Shown here: one piece after another, positions 27,007 through 35,258 of the stretch
Position numbering within the stretch: the stretch's first letter is position 1
Layout: each line of letters begins with the position of its first letter
Position numbers and translations under genes: made by a program
Notes under the pieces: model-generated
The model's input: the letters and a program-made list of their open reading frames with translations, nothing else
Told to the model about the DNA's origin: nothing
Database searches by the model: none
Sequence record: MT446407.1
Length of the DNA stretch: 64,000 bases
Reading direction: 5' to 3' (one strand)
DNA from: Escherichia virus TH34

Positions 27007-27536
27007 GTCTTTTAGGTTCTCAAGAACTACACAACGTTATTGATAATGGCTTTTTAGATGCGGAGCATAAATATGTTAACGCTGCTAGCGTGGATATCCG
27101 TATTGGTGATACTATCCTTGTTGAAGAACAGGCTGACGGCATTGTTGACATTGATGCTAAAGAAAATCTCAAGTGGAAAGAAGTGAAAATCCCTGAAGAT
27201 GGTATTGTCATCACTCCGGGACAATTCTTCTTAGCTCACTCAATGGAAGAGTTTAACCTTCCAGATAACATCTCAAGTCTGTTTGTACTTCGCTCCTCAA
27301 TGGCTCGTTGTGGTTTGAACCACTTACATGCTGGTTGGGCTGATGCAGGGTTTAACAGCAGTAAGCTGACCTTTGAATTCCATAACGTTACCCACAACCA
27401 CAGCTTACGAGTTCGTGCTGGGATGCGTGTTGGTCAGATGGTTATGTTTGAACACTCTCACGCTGGTGATGATTCCTATGCAGTGAAGGGTCGTTACAAT
27501 GGCAGCAATGGGGTAGTTGCATCTAAAGGTGTATAA
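27003..27536 (+). CDS. dCTP deaminase / dUTPase-superfamily protein
   Basis: ASVDIRIGD and GWADAGF motifs typical of Dcd/Dut fold. Confidence 0.55.
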   Translation: MSLLGSQELHNVIDNGFLDAEHKYVNAASVDIRIGDTILVEEQADGIVDIDAKENLKWKEVKIPEDGIVITPGQFFLAHSMEEFNLPDNISSLFVLRSSMARCGLNHLHAGWADAGFNSSKLTFEFHNVTHNHSLRVRAGMRVGQMVMFEHSHAGDDSYAVKGRYNGSNGVVASKGV

Positions 27537-27541
27537 CCAAG

Positions 27542-27733
27542 ATGAAAGAAGAAAAAGCTACTTACTTAGCTATTGGTTTTGTAGTTGGGGCATTTGCTAT
27601 GGGAGTATTTATATCTAACGTTGGTCCAGATTCTAGCGTTAAGATTGAGACGAGAAGAGCCGCTTGTGAAATAAATCTCCCTCGTAATCAGGTCTGTGTA
27701 ATGCAGTTTGTCCCTAAATCGGTTGACAGATAA
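27542..27733 (+). CDS. small membrane-anchored protein (63 aa)
   Basis: N-terminal hydrophobic helix. Confidence 0.4.
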   Translation: MKEEKATYLAIGFVVGAFAMGVFISNVGPDSSVKIETRRAACEINLPRNQVCVMQFVPKSVDR

Positions 27734-27945
27734 TGGAGTTTGGAACAATGAAAAGACGTTGGGTAGTTCGTATTCACTGGAGCAGTGGTACAGAGTCAAT
27801 GGGTATTAGGAATACCCGTCAAGAAGCTCGCGCTCATAAGAAGTTCTTGTTAAGTTGTGAAAGCACAATTAATAAGATCACTATCCACAAAGCTCAAGAC
27901 TTTAAATCAGGTCGTTTCTATATCAGCGGAAAGGTACATTACTAA
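27733..27945 (+). CDS. small protein, TRQEAR paralog family (1 of 3)
   Basis: NTRQEARAHKK...KVHY; alternative ATG 27748. Confidence 0.45.
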   Translation: MEFGTMKRRWVVRIHWSSGTESMGIRNTRQEARAHKKFLLSCESTINKITIHKAQDFKSGRFYISGKVHY

Positions 27946-28160
27946 TGGATAAATTATGGGCAGTTCGTACTAAATGGGCTAACAAAGCTCTTGGTGGTGA
28001 TTGTATTCAATTATTCAACACAAGACAAGAGGCTCGTCTTGCTAAGAAAACTATAAAAGCTACAAAAGCTTTAGGAATCGCTGAAAAGGTGGAGATTCAT
28101 CGTTGGATTGAAAATATCCAGAACAGTGCTGGATTCATATCCAGCAAGGTTTATTACTAG
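27945..28160 (+). CDS. small protein, TRQEAR paralog family (2 of 3)
   Basis: NTRQEARLAKK...KVYY. Confidence 0.45.
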   Translation: MDKLWAVRTKWANKALGGDCIQLFNTRQEARLAKKTIKATKALGIAEKVEIHRWIENIQNSAGFISSKVYY

Positions 28161-28230
28161 TTGGTAGTAGATATGATAACTCTCAAATGTATATACAGTA
28201 TAAGAATATTGTATGAAACAGGAGAGAGTT

Positions 28231-28560
28231 ATGTTAGATTTGAGTAAAGTGGCCCCGCCATCTGAAGAGATTAGCAAAGCTAAAGTTATGCAGCAGTTCT
28301 ATCATCGTGATATGCTTGGTCGTTATATCAAGAATCGTGATGTTGTTGCATGGTCTATTGGAAATCAAGGTTATCTTCTCAAAGTGTTGCAAGTTACTGG
28401 CTCAACAGCCAAGCGAGTCAAAGTCTATGACCCTGAAATGGGGCGTTCTAAGTCTGTAGACCCACAGAATTGCATTGTTATTACCCAGCAGGTCATGGAC
28501 AACATTGCTCGTAACGTAGCCAATTCAACCAATTTAGAAGGAGAGACTCCTAATGCATAA
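28231..28560 (+). CDS. hypothetical protein (109 aa)
   Basis: ATG 28231 with AGGAGAG upstream; track start 28213 contains the RBS. Confidence 0.4.
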   Translation: MLDLSKVAPPSEEISKAKVMQQFYHRDMLGRYIKNRDVVAWSIGNQGYLLKVLQVTGSTAKRVKVYDPEMGRSKSVDPQNCIVITQQVMDNIARNVANSTNLEGETPNA

Positions 28561-29119
28561 TAATGTCTTCGACTTACCTGAACTAACACGAGTGGGTTCT
28601 AGTAACCCATTCTCTACAACTGACTCCTCTATCTCTCGTCTTGAGGGAATGAATAAACTGATCAGCGGTAACAGTCTAGAGCACATCCTATGCGGTGTGC
28701 AGGCTAACCTTGAGCTTCTACACATCAAAGCAAAGAATTACCACTGGAACGTCTCTGGAGCTGGTTTCCAAGGTGTTCATGGTATGTTCGATGAATTAGA
28801 AGACTATGCTCGTGAAACAGGAGACCGAGTAGCTGAGCGAATGCGTTATCACTGTATCAAAGTGGATGCAACAGCTAGTAGCTATCTTAGTTGTGCTTGG
28901 TTCAGAGAAGGTAGTGCTGATCTCGACATGGACGGTATGCTTTCCGACATGTGCATGACTCTGATGTGTATCATTGAAAAGATGGACGAGTTTGATTCAG
29001 ACTTGTGCACTTATCCAGTAGACCAGAGTATGCTTCAAGAAATTAATGAAGGTCTTGGCAAGTTCTGTTACTTCGTCAAGAGCAACATGTCCCACTCTAG
29101 TGGCGATGTGTCTTACTAA
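28553..29119 (+). CDS. Dps-like ferritin-fold protein
   Basis: HWNVSGAGFQGVH and DRVAERM fit both Dps signature patterns; RBS GAAGGAGAG. Confidence 0.55.
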   Translation: MHNNVFDLPELTRVGSSNPFSTTDSSISRLEGMNKLISGNSLEHILCGVQANLELLHIKAKNYHWNVSGAGFQGVHGMFDELEDYARETGDRVAERMRYHCIKVDATASSYLSCAWFREGSADLDMDGMLSDMCMTLMCIIEKMDEFDSDLCTYPVDQSMLQEINEGLGKFCYFVKSNMSHSSGDVSY

Positions 29120-29182
29120 TCAAACCTCCGCCCTGTCTCTTTGTTTAAGAGGTGGGGCGAACTTCTTTATAAGGATGTGAAT

Positions 29183-29362
29183 ATGTTTTCAGCAATCGTA
29201 TGGTCTGTGTGGGCAATTCTTGTTGGTGGTATTGTTTATCTGGCTCAAAAGCAAATGCTTAAAGAAAATCCAAATGATGCCAAACCTATTAAACATGGTA
29301 GCATTGCTCTGGTAGTTTTCTCTGTTGTTATTCCTTTCCTTCTCCACCTGTGGACTGCATAA
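29183..29362 (+). CDS. small membrane protein (59 aa)
   Basis: ATG 29183 with AAGGA upstream; two hydrophobic segments. Confidence 0.35.
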   Translation: MFSAIVWSVWAILVGGIVYLAQKQMLKENPNDAKPIKHGSIALVVFSVVIPFLLHLWTA

Positions 29363-29538
29363 TGAAATTAAACCTCCCTGAAGAATTACAAGCACATGCC
29401 ATTATCATTAGTGGCTGTGTGATGGGTCTTGGTCAGACAAAGAAGATTGCTCATGACTTAGCAAAAGGTCAGTATAAATCTTTTATTGTTGTTCCTGCTA
29501 CCCAGCGTCATATCAACCTGTTTATTAACAAGGAATAG
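29362..29538 (+). CDS. hypothetical protein (58 aa)
   Basis: TAATG overlap with upstream stop. Confidence 0.35.
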   Translation: MKLNLPEELQAHAIIISGCVMGLGQTKKIAHDLAKGQYKSFIVVPATQRHINLFINKE

Positions 29539-29539
29539 A

Positions 29540-29815
29540 ATGAGTAAAGTAATTAAGTTTTATAGTAATTCATGTGCTCCATGTGCAGCTATGGCTCCTG
29601 TGTTTAAGAAGGTTGTGGCTGACTACAGTGTAGAAGTTGAAGAAGTAAATATCTCTGAAGGTGATGGTCGAGAGCGAGCCATTGAATATGGTGTTCGCAG
29701 TATCCCAGCCTTTGTCGTCCCTGATAAGAATAGTGGCGCTCATTACAGCTTATCAGGTATTCAAACTGAATCTAATCTCCGTGCATTTTTAGACACGGCT
29801 CTGAAAGGTGTTTAA
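29540..29815 (+). CDS. thioredoxin/glutaredoxin-like protein
   Basis: ATG 29540 with AAGGA upstream; FYSNSCAPC active-site-like CxxC. Confidence 0.5.
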   Translation: MSKVIKFYSNSCAPCAAMAPVFKKVVADYSVEVEEVNISEGDGRERAIEYGVRSIPAFVVPDKNSGAHYSLSGIQTESNLRAFLDTALKGV

Positions 29816-29816
29816 T

Positions 29817-30032
29817 ATGGAAAAGAAACCTTGGACTACTTTTTGGGTAGTTAAGTGGTTTAATTTTGATAGCACAATCCCTAGCTTCTCCTCATACACA
29901 ACACGGAGAGAGGCTCGCCGCTTTAAGCGAGCTTTAAAAATTGCTAACACTGGCGCTTCTAAGATTACAATTCAGAAAGGGATTGAAACAGAAAGTGGAA
30001 GCAACATGATTTATAAAAAGATTCATTATTAA
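29817..30032 (+). CDS. small protein, TRQEAR paralog family (3 of 3)
   Basis: TTRREARRFKR...KIHY; ATG 29817 with AAAGGTG upstream. Confidence 0.45.
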   Translation: MEKKPWTTFWVVKWFNFDSTIPSFSSYTTRREARRFKRALKIANTGASKITIQKGIETESGSNMIYKKIHY

Positions 30033-30039
30033 GGAAGTG

Positions 30040-30510
30040 ATGTTATACGGTAATTTGGAATACAACCCTGAAACTGGAGACTTCTTTAGGAATAGCAAAA
30101 AGCTAGGAGGAAAGAGGAGCAAGTATGCAACCCTTCGGTTTCAAGGTAAAGTAAGAAAAGCACATGTGGTTGCTTGGTTTATTTATTATGGGGAGTGGCC
30201 TACTTCTCAAATAGACCATGAAGATGGTAATAAGAGGAACAACTCAATCTCTAATCTTCGATTAGTAGACACCTCTACTAACTGTCACAATCAGTTTGGT
30301 GCAAGATCTTCAAACATACAATCAGGTTTTCAAGGGGTTAAAGTTGTTAAGTACAAATCAGGCACTATTCGATATAGAGCAGTTATTTGTATTAATGGCA
30401 AAGATATACACCTAGGGATGTATGGAACTCCTGAAGAAGCACATCAAGTCTATATAGAACGGAAAAAGGAACTTTTACGTGAACGAACAACTAACAGCAA
30501 CATTGATTGA
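30040..30510 (+). CDS. HNH homing endonuclease
   Basis: HEDGNKRNNSISNLRL HNH motif; ATG 30040 with AAGGAAG upstream. Confidence 0.55.
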   Translation: MLYGNLEYNPETGDFFRNSKKLGGKRSKYATLRFQGKVRKAHVVAWFIYYGEWPTSQIDHEDGNKRNNSISNLRLVDTSTNCHNQFGARSSNIQSGFQGVKVVKYKSGTIRYRAVICINGKDIHLGMYGTPEEAHQVYIERKKELLRERTTNSNID

Positions 30511-31129
30511 ACATATGGGAAGCGATAAATCCGTTGTGAATGCGGCAAGGGTTTCTTTTGGTGTTGTACGAGAAGGTGATTTAAATGAACGTGATGAAAG
30601 ACTCATTAAATTCTTGGCAAGGGAAAAACACTGTACACCATTTCGTCATCCAACAATTAGCTTCCGATGCAAAGCGCCAATCGCAATTGCACGACAACTT
30701 GGAAAACATCAAGTGGGGTTCTCGTGGAACGAAATGTCCCGGCGGTATAAAGATGGAGCAGTTGAACTCTTCATCCCTAAAGAGATTTTTGAAAGACCTT
30801 CGGACCTCCATGCAGGTGCAGGGAATCTCCTCACCACAGGAGCACAAAACTCTGCACTAGTTCTGATTAACCGAGCATATGAAACAGCTCTTGAGTCGTA
30901 CGATGAATTGATTAAGTTCATTGCTCCAGAACAAGCTCGATTCGTATTACCTCAGGGTATGATCACTGAGTGGGTATGGACTGGTTCTCTATATGGTTGG
31001 TCAGAGTTGTGTCGTCAGCGACTGTCAGACCATGCTCAGTATGAGGTGCGTTTGTTCGCATCAACAATTGATGAAGAGCTTCGTAAAATATATCCAATCT
31101 CTTGGGATGCATTACGTGAAGCCCACTAA
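30479..31129 (+). CDS. thyX: flavin-dependent thymidylate synthase ThyX-like (variant signature)
   Basis: HCTPFRHPTISF...ARQLGKHQVGFSWNEMSRRY aligns to the ThyX core, but RHR reads KHQ; start GTG 30479 or ATG 30515. Confidence 0.55.
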   Translation: MNEQLTATLIEHMGSDKSVVNAARVSFGVVREGDLNERDERLIKFLAREKHCTPFRHPTISFRCKAPIAIARQLGKHQVGFSWNEMSRRYKDGAVELFIPKEIFERPSDLHAGAGNLLTTGAQNSALVLINRAYETALESYDELIKFIAPEQARFVLPQGMITEWVWTGSLYGWSELCRQRLSDHAQYEVRLFASTIDEELRKIYPISWDALREAH

Positions 31130-31301
31130 AGTATGTAGCTTCTGTCGAAAGCAGAAGCTTCTTATCAATTTCAAACTGAACGAGGAAACAGGTTTGGGTC
31201 ATGCTTTTTGTCATGATTGCAGGCACTACCTCGAACAGAAGCAATACATAAACTGGTTGCATTACTACAACCCTAACATCTATAAGCACAAGGTTATCTA
31301 A
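31107..31301 (+). CDS. small Cys-rich protein (start uncertain)
   Basis: CSFC...CHDC pairs; overlaps ThyX 3' end; ATG 31107 or GTG 31116. Confidence 0.3.
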   Translation: MHYVKPTKVCSFCRKQKLLINFKLNEETGLGHAFCHDCRHYLEQKQYINWLHYYNPNIYKHKVI

Positions 31302-31781
31302 ATGAAAGCTATTTTTGAAGGAAGGGAGTATGATGTTCCTGATTGGGTTAAATACATAGCCCGTGACTATGATAATCTGGTTTGGGCATATGGAGACGTA
31401 AGACCTGTGTTTAATGAAAACACTGGTAGTTGGTCTAACATGTCAAAATTACCAGGATTTATTCGGGCACTTGGCTCTTCTAGTCGTCCTGTAGGTTTCG
31501 CTGCTGACTCACTTGTTGAGGTTGGTGTTGAAAAGGAAATAGACAAGCCAGAAACAATTTGGGTTCTATCTTCAAGCACCCCAATTAAAGGAAGTCGTGG
31601 GATTTCCTTCTATGTTGAGCCTGTCGCTTACTTCAAAAACAAGCCGACCATTAATGCTCTGATGTTAAAGAACATTCCTTATTCACAAGTTGCTACTTTG
31701 TTAGATAACGGAACAGTGCTTGTTGAGAATAATGGGACAAATCAAATCTTTTATGATTTAGAAGAAAGGGTTTTAGAATGA
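31302..31781 (+). CDS. hypothetical protein (159 aa)
   Basis: TAAATG-coupled ORF. Confidence 0.5.
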   Translation: MKAIFEGREYDVPDWVKYIARDYDNLVWAYGDVRPVFNENTGSWSNMSKLPGFIRALGSSSRPVGFAADSLVEVGVEKEIDKPETIWVLSSSTPIKGSRGISFYVEPVAYFKNKPTINALMLKNIPYSQVATLLDNGTVLVENNGTNQIFYDLEERVLE

Positions 31782-31990
31782 AAGGTTTAGTGTTAGGAAA
31801 ACACCGTTTTACTTTCCGCATCTCCGACAGGAACCCATACCCTACCAAGATTGAACCTTACGAGATCATCTCTGAAGTGTTTATCTGGCCTTGGCAGAGT
31901 ATCTATGATGTTGCTCTTAAGTCCAAGAAGAAGCTGATACCTGTTGGTATTTGGGCTGATGTTGATTTAGTTAAAATCGAAAAGGTTTAA
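31778..31990 (+). CDS. hypothetical protein (70 aa)
   Basis: ATGA-coupled ORF. Confidence 0.45.
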   Translation: MKGLVLGKHRFTFRISDRNPYPTKIEPYEIISEVFIWPWQSIYDVALKSKKKLIPVGIWADVDLVKIEKV

Positions 31991-31991
31991 A

Positions 31992-32222
31992 ATGAAAGTT
32001 TGGATATTGACACGAGAGATTAACCAGTATGACCAAGATGGTGCATATTTTGAAGCAGTCTTTCTGAATAAACCAACAGCTGAGCAATTAGCAGAAGCTG
32101 GTGTATCTTCCTATTGTATTGACTATACGTTAAAACAAACCCACTCTGATGGCTCTTGTGGTGGTCGGTCTGAACACATGGAAGATGAATGGTGGCTTTT
32201 AGAAGAGATTGAGGTTAAATAA
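31992..32222 (+). CDS. hypothetical protein (76 aa)
   Basis: ATG 31992 with AAAGG upstream. Confidence 0.45.
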   Translation: MKVWILTREINQYDQDGAYFEAVFLNKPTAEQLAEAGVSSYCIDYTLKQTHSDGSCGGRSEHMEDEWWLLEEIEVK

Positions 32223-32543
32223 ATGATCAACGATAATACATTTAGGACTGGTAACGGAAACGAGATTAGTCCTGCTGAAGTGATTAAACGACACAGAACG
32301 CAGATGCTTATCCATTCCTATTTGTATTATTGGTTGGATGACCCAATCTGGTCTGATGACAAATGGCAACAAGTGGCTGATGACTTAACCACTTTACAAG
32401 AGATGTATCCTGAGCCTATTGAATTCTTTGATTCAGAGTTCAATGGATGGAATGGCTCTACTGGTATGCACCTCCCTCATGACGAGCGTATAGCTTGTAT
32501 GGCTACCGAAGTATATCGTTTACATAAGGACAAATCTATCTGA
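32223..32543 (+). CDS. hypothetical protein resembling NAD-dependent DNA ligase domain Ia (tentative)
   Basis: HSYLYYWLDDPIWSDDKWQQVADDLTTLQEMYPEP resembles the LigA N-terminal Y.YY..D.P..D..YD.L...L...YPE pattern. Confidence 0.3.
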   Translation: MINDNTFRTGNGNEISPAEVIKRHRTQMLIHSYLYYWLDDPIWSDDKWQQVADDLTTLQEMYPEPIEFFDSEFNGWNGSTGMHLPHDERIACMATEVYRLHKDKSI

Positions 32544-32725
32544 AATGTTTTAAATGTGAATCCACACTTCTCCATCTGGACTCGAAAGTAATACGAGAGC
32601 TTGCTAAAGGCTCTCCGACGAAAGGGAAGAATAAGAAATTTGTCGAAGTTAAGGTTACAGGTACTCATTGTTCAGAGTGTAAATCCTGTAGCTACACGTA
32701 TGAAGAACTTGGAGGTAGAAAATGA
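32540..32725 (+). CDS. zinc-ribbon-like ORF without canonical start (possible CUG start or pseudogene)
   Basis: 65-codon frame open from 32528 with KCFKC...HCSECKSC and no in-frame ATG/GTG/TTG; CTG 32540 overlaps upstream TGA, AAGGA 9 nt upstream. Confidence 0.2.
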   Translation: MKCFKCESTLLHLDSKVIRELAKGSPTKGKNKKFVEVKVTGTHCSECKSCSYTYEELGGRK

Positions 32726-33459
32726 ATCGCAGAGAAACTCGTAGAGAAGCACGGAAAGCAGCTCGTCGTGGTGAACAGGTGACTAATAAAGGTAAACGTG
32801 AGTATCAAGAAGTTGTTCTCGCTAAGCCTGTAGTTCCTCAGAATCAGTTTCAATCTGAACTGCTCAATGCTATCAAGACTAAACAAGTAGTCTTTACGGA
32901 TGCTCCTGCTGGATGTGGTAAGACTTATGTTATCACAACAACTGTTATTGATGCTCTGAAAAGTGGGAAGATTCAAAAGATCATCCTAAGCCGTCCTGCT
33001 GTTGGTATGGGTAATTCACTTGGGTTACTTCCCGGTGGGTTGCGTGAGAAGTTCGAACCATACCTGATGCCAATCGTTGATGTTATCACTCAGCGTTACG
33101 GTAAAGGCTTCTACGAGTGTCAAATTGGTAATGGTAACATTGAGTTCGTACCTCTGGAATACCTCCGTGGTCGTTCATTCAATGACGCTATTGTGATTGT
33201 TGATGAGTTCCAGAACACTACTCCTGATGAAGCATATTCAATCATGACCCGTCTTGGTGAAACCTCTCAGATGTTCTGTATGGGTGATACTAACCAGCAT
33301 GACATGCGTGGTGAGAGTGGTTTGGAATGGGCTACTGACTTCATTGATCGTCATGACTTATTTGAGTTTGCTGCTTTGGTTGACGGTGAGTCAGATGATA
33401 TTGTTCGTTCAGGTTTCTGTAAAGCTATTGTTAAAGCAATGGAATCTGAAAAATCCTAA
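32722..33459 (+). CDS. phoH: PhoH-like P-loop ATPase
   Basis: Walker A APAGCGKTYV and PhoH-like context; RBS GGAGG. Confidence 0.6.
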   Translation: MNRRETRREARKAARRGEQVTNKGKREYQEVVLAKPVVPQNQFQSELLNAIKTKQVVFTDAPAGCGKTYVITTTVIDALKSGKIQKIILSRPAVGMGNSLGLLPGGLREKFEPYLMPIVDVITQRYGKGFYECQIGNGNIEFVPLEYLRGRSFNDAIVIVDEFQNTTPDEAYSIMTRLGETSQMFCMGDTNQHDMRGESGLEWATDFIDRHDLFEFAALVDGESDDIVRSGFCKAIVKAMESEKS

Positions 33460-33462
33460 ACA

Positions 33463-33474
33463 TAATGTATACTC
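33463..33474 (+). promoter_or_regulatory. TAATGTATA element (candidate phage-specific promoter)
   Basis: Exact TAATGTATA 29 nt upstream of ATG 33504; same core as 39779-39790 and minus-strand 49307-49318. Confidence 0.3.
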
Positions 33475-33503
33475 CTTAGTGTACACTGATATATTAAGGA
33501 GTT

Positions 33504-33827
33504 ATGATGACTGATAAGGCAAAACGTGATTATGCACAAGAAAGACGTACCGCAATCAAACGTGGGGAGACAGGTGTTGGTAGCAAGAGCGGAGATGCTC
33601 AGCGCCACCGTGCACGTCGCATCGTTGAAAAGCGCGATGGAAAAGCTGCTGTCCGAGGTAAAGATGTTGGACATAAACGATCAATCAAGTCGGGAGGTTC
33701 TAATGCGTCAAGTAACTTACGTGTTGAATCAGTCTCTGGAAATCGCTCGAACGGCGGCAAAAGTGGAGATCGTGCTGGAAAATCAGCAGGAGGAGTCAAA
33801 TCGAGAAAAGGCGCTCTAAGTCAATGA
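33504..33827 (+). CDS. hypothetical basic Gly/Ser/Arg-rich protein (107 aa)
   Basis: ATG 33504 with AAGGAG upstream; stop ATGA-coupled to next gene. Confidence 0.45.
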   Translation: MMTDKAKRDYAQERRTAIKRGETGVGSKSGDAQRHRARRIVEKRDGKAAVRGKDVGHKRSIKSGGSNASSNLRVESVSGNRSNGGKSGDRAGKSAGGVKSRKGALSQ

Positions 33828-34318
33828 TTCCGATTTCCGACTACTTGTCATACGACCTGGATACTGTTTTATTGATTTTTACCGAATCTAGCTCTAAAGG
33901 TAAGAAATGGAATAAATCACATCCGGGAAAAGTGGCAGGGGCTGTTGATGAAAAAGGGTATATCAGAGTTTACTTTGAAGAGAGGAGATGGAAAGCTCAC
34001 AGACTTATAGCTTCTGTGCTCATACCTAACCCTGAAAATAAACCACAAATTAACCACATCAATGGTAACAAAAGTGATAATAGGTTAGAGAACCTAGAGT
34101 GGGTCACTGGTCATGAAAATATGCAACATGCTTTTTCAACAGGTCTTAATGTTGGTAAAGAGAGGGATGCTAATGGAATGACTAAAATCAACACATTGGA
34201 TGTGGAGAAGATCAAGAGTTTATATGTTAAAGGCTCTACCACTCATGGAACAAGAGCACTAGGTAAGATGTTTGGCGTAAGTCACACAGCTATCCGACAT
34301 GCTTTAAGCTCAAGTTAA
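33824..34318 (+). CDS. HNH homing endonuclease
   Basis: HINGNKSDNRLENLEWVT HNH motif. Confidence 0.55.
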   Translation: MIPISDYLSYDLDTVLLIFTESSSKGKKWNKSHPGKVAGAVDEKGYIRVYFEERRWKAHRLIASVLIPNPENKPQINHINGNKSDNRLENLEWVTGHENMQHAFSTGLNVGKERDANGMTKINTLDVEKIKSLYVKGSTTHGTRALGKMFGVSHTAIRHALSSS

Positions 34319-34323
34319 TATAA

Positions 34324-34354
34324 GGCTACCCATTTCGGGTGGCCTTTTCTTTTA
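34324..34354 (+). terminator. rho-independent terminator
   Basis: Stem GGCTACCC / GGGTGGCC then TTTTCTTTT. Confidence 0.5.
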
Positions 34355-34374
34355 TATAATCTAAGGTAATAAAT

Positions 34375-34626
34375 ATGTCTAAAGTAACTTATATCACTGT
34401 AACTGATTTCTTTCCTTTTCTGGATGTAACTGAAAGCTACACCTTCCCCGTGAGCAATGTTACAAGCTCTGTTGAGATGATTCAATTTAACCCAACAACA
34501 GCTCGTACTAACGTGGCTCTTCGTGGTCCTGATGGCAAGTTCATCTCCTTCCGCGATAAGGCTGTTCCTAAGCGTATTGCTAAGTCTATTGAAAATCTGA
34601 AACCTTTCCCTAACTTTGGTGCATAA
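34375..34626 (+). CDS. small protein, tandem paralog A (TARTNV...NLKPFP)
   Basis: Shares TARTNVxxRGxDGKFxSxRD...NLKPFP with next ORF. Confidence 0.5.
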   Translation: MSKVTYITVTDFFPFLDVTESYTFPVSNVTSSVEMIQFNPTTARTNVALRGPDGKFISFRDKAVPKRIAKSIENLKPFPNFGA

Positions 34627-34627
34627 T

Positions 34628-34885
34628 ATGAAGATTAGCTTAATCCAAATTCGTGATCATCTCTTTAACGGTGACGCTCAGACTCATGATTACAAGGTTA
34701 ATCAAGGACAACACCCTACCAATCATCTTATTGGAGGGATTTCTCTATTACCTAATAAAACAGCACGGACGAATGTAATGATTCGTGGTAAGGATGGTAA
34801 ATTCCTTTCTTATCGTGATCTTGAAATCTGTGCTGATGTTCGTACAGCTATGAACAATCTGAAACCTTTCCCGACAGTGGAGTAA
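34628..34885 (+). CDS. small protein, tandem paralog B (TARTNV...NLKPFP)
   Basis: ATG 34628 follows upstream TAA. Confidence 0.5.
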   Translation: MKISLIQIRDHLFNGDAQTHDYKVNQGQHPTNHLIGGISLLPNKTARTNVMIRGKDGKFLSYRDLEICADVRTAMNNLKPFPTVE

Positions 34886-34888
34886 GTT

Positions 34889-35242
34889 ATGCCAGTACCT
34901 CAACGCCTAGAACGTCACTGCGTTCTCAAATGGGACAATATTCATGACAACCTCTCCATTCAAGAGTTTCGTCAGTTTATTGAATTAACAGCGAAGATTA
35001 ACCGAAACCAACCAGCTCGAAACTTTGTAGTGGTTAGTGATAAGTATCCTGAGTTGTATGAGCAGGTGTGGGGTATGAAACTTGCACAGGTTCAGAGAAA
35101 CAGCAATGAACGAAGAGAAACTCGTAGACAGCGAGCAGAAGATATTCCAGCAGTCTTTTATGTGGATGAATTAACGGAATCCTATGAACAGTTAGATATT
35201 GTCGAGGATAACCAAGCGTTCACTGATTTAATATACCAATAA
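34889..35242 (+). CDS. hypothetical protein (117 aa)
   Basis: ATG 34889 with GGAG upstream. Confidence 0.5.
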   Translation: MPVPQRLERHCVLKWDNIHDNLSIQEFRQFIELTAKINRNQPARNFVVVSDKYPELYEQVWGMKLAQVQRNSNERRETRRQRAEDIPAVFYVDELTESYEQLDIVEDNQAFTDLIYQ

Positions 35243-35258
35243 TTATAAGGAGTGGGTG

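Noticed and set aside
33526-33819. Alternative-frame ORF (97 aa) fully overlapping gene 33504..33827
   Set aside because: The 33504 frame has a strong AAGGAG RBS and is ATGA-coupled to the downstream HNH gene; the overlapping frame lacks both.
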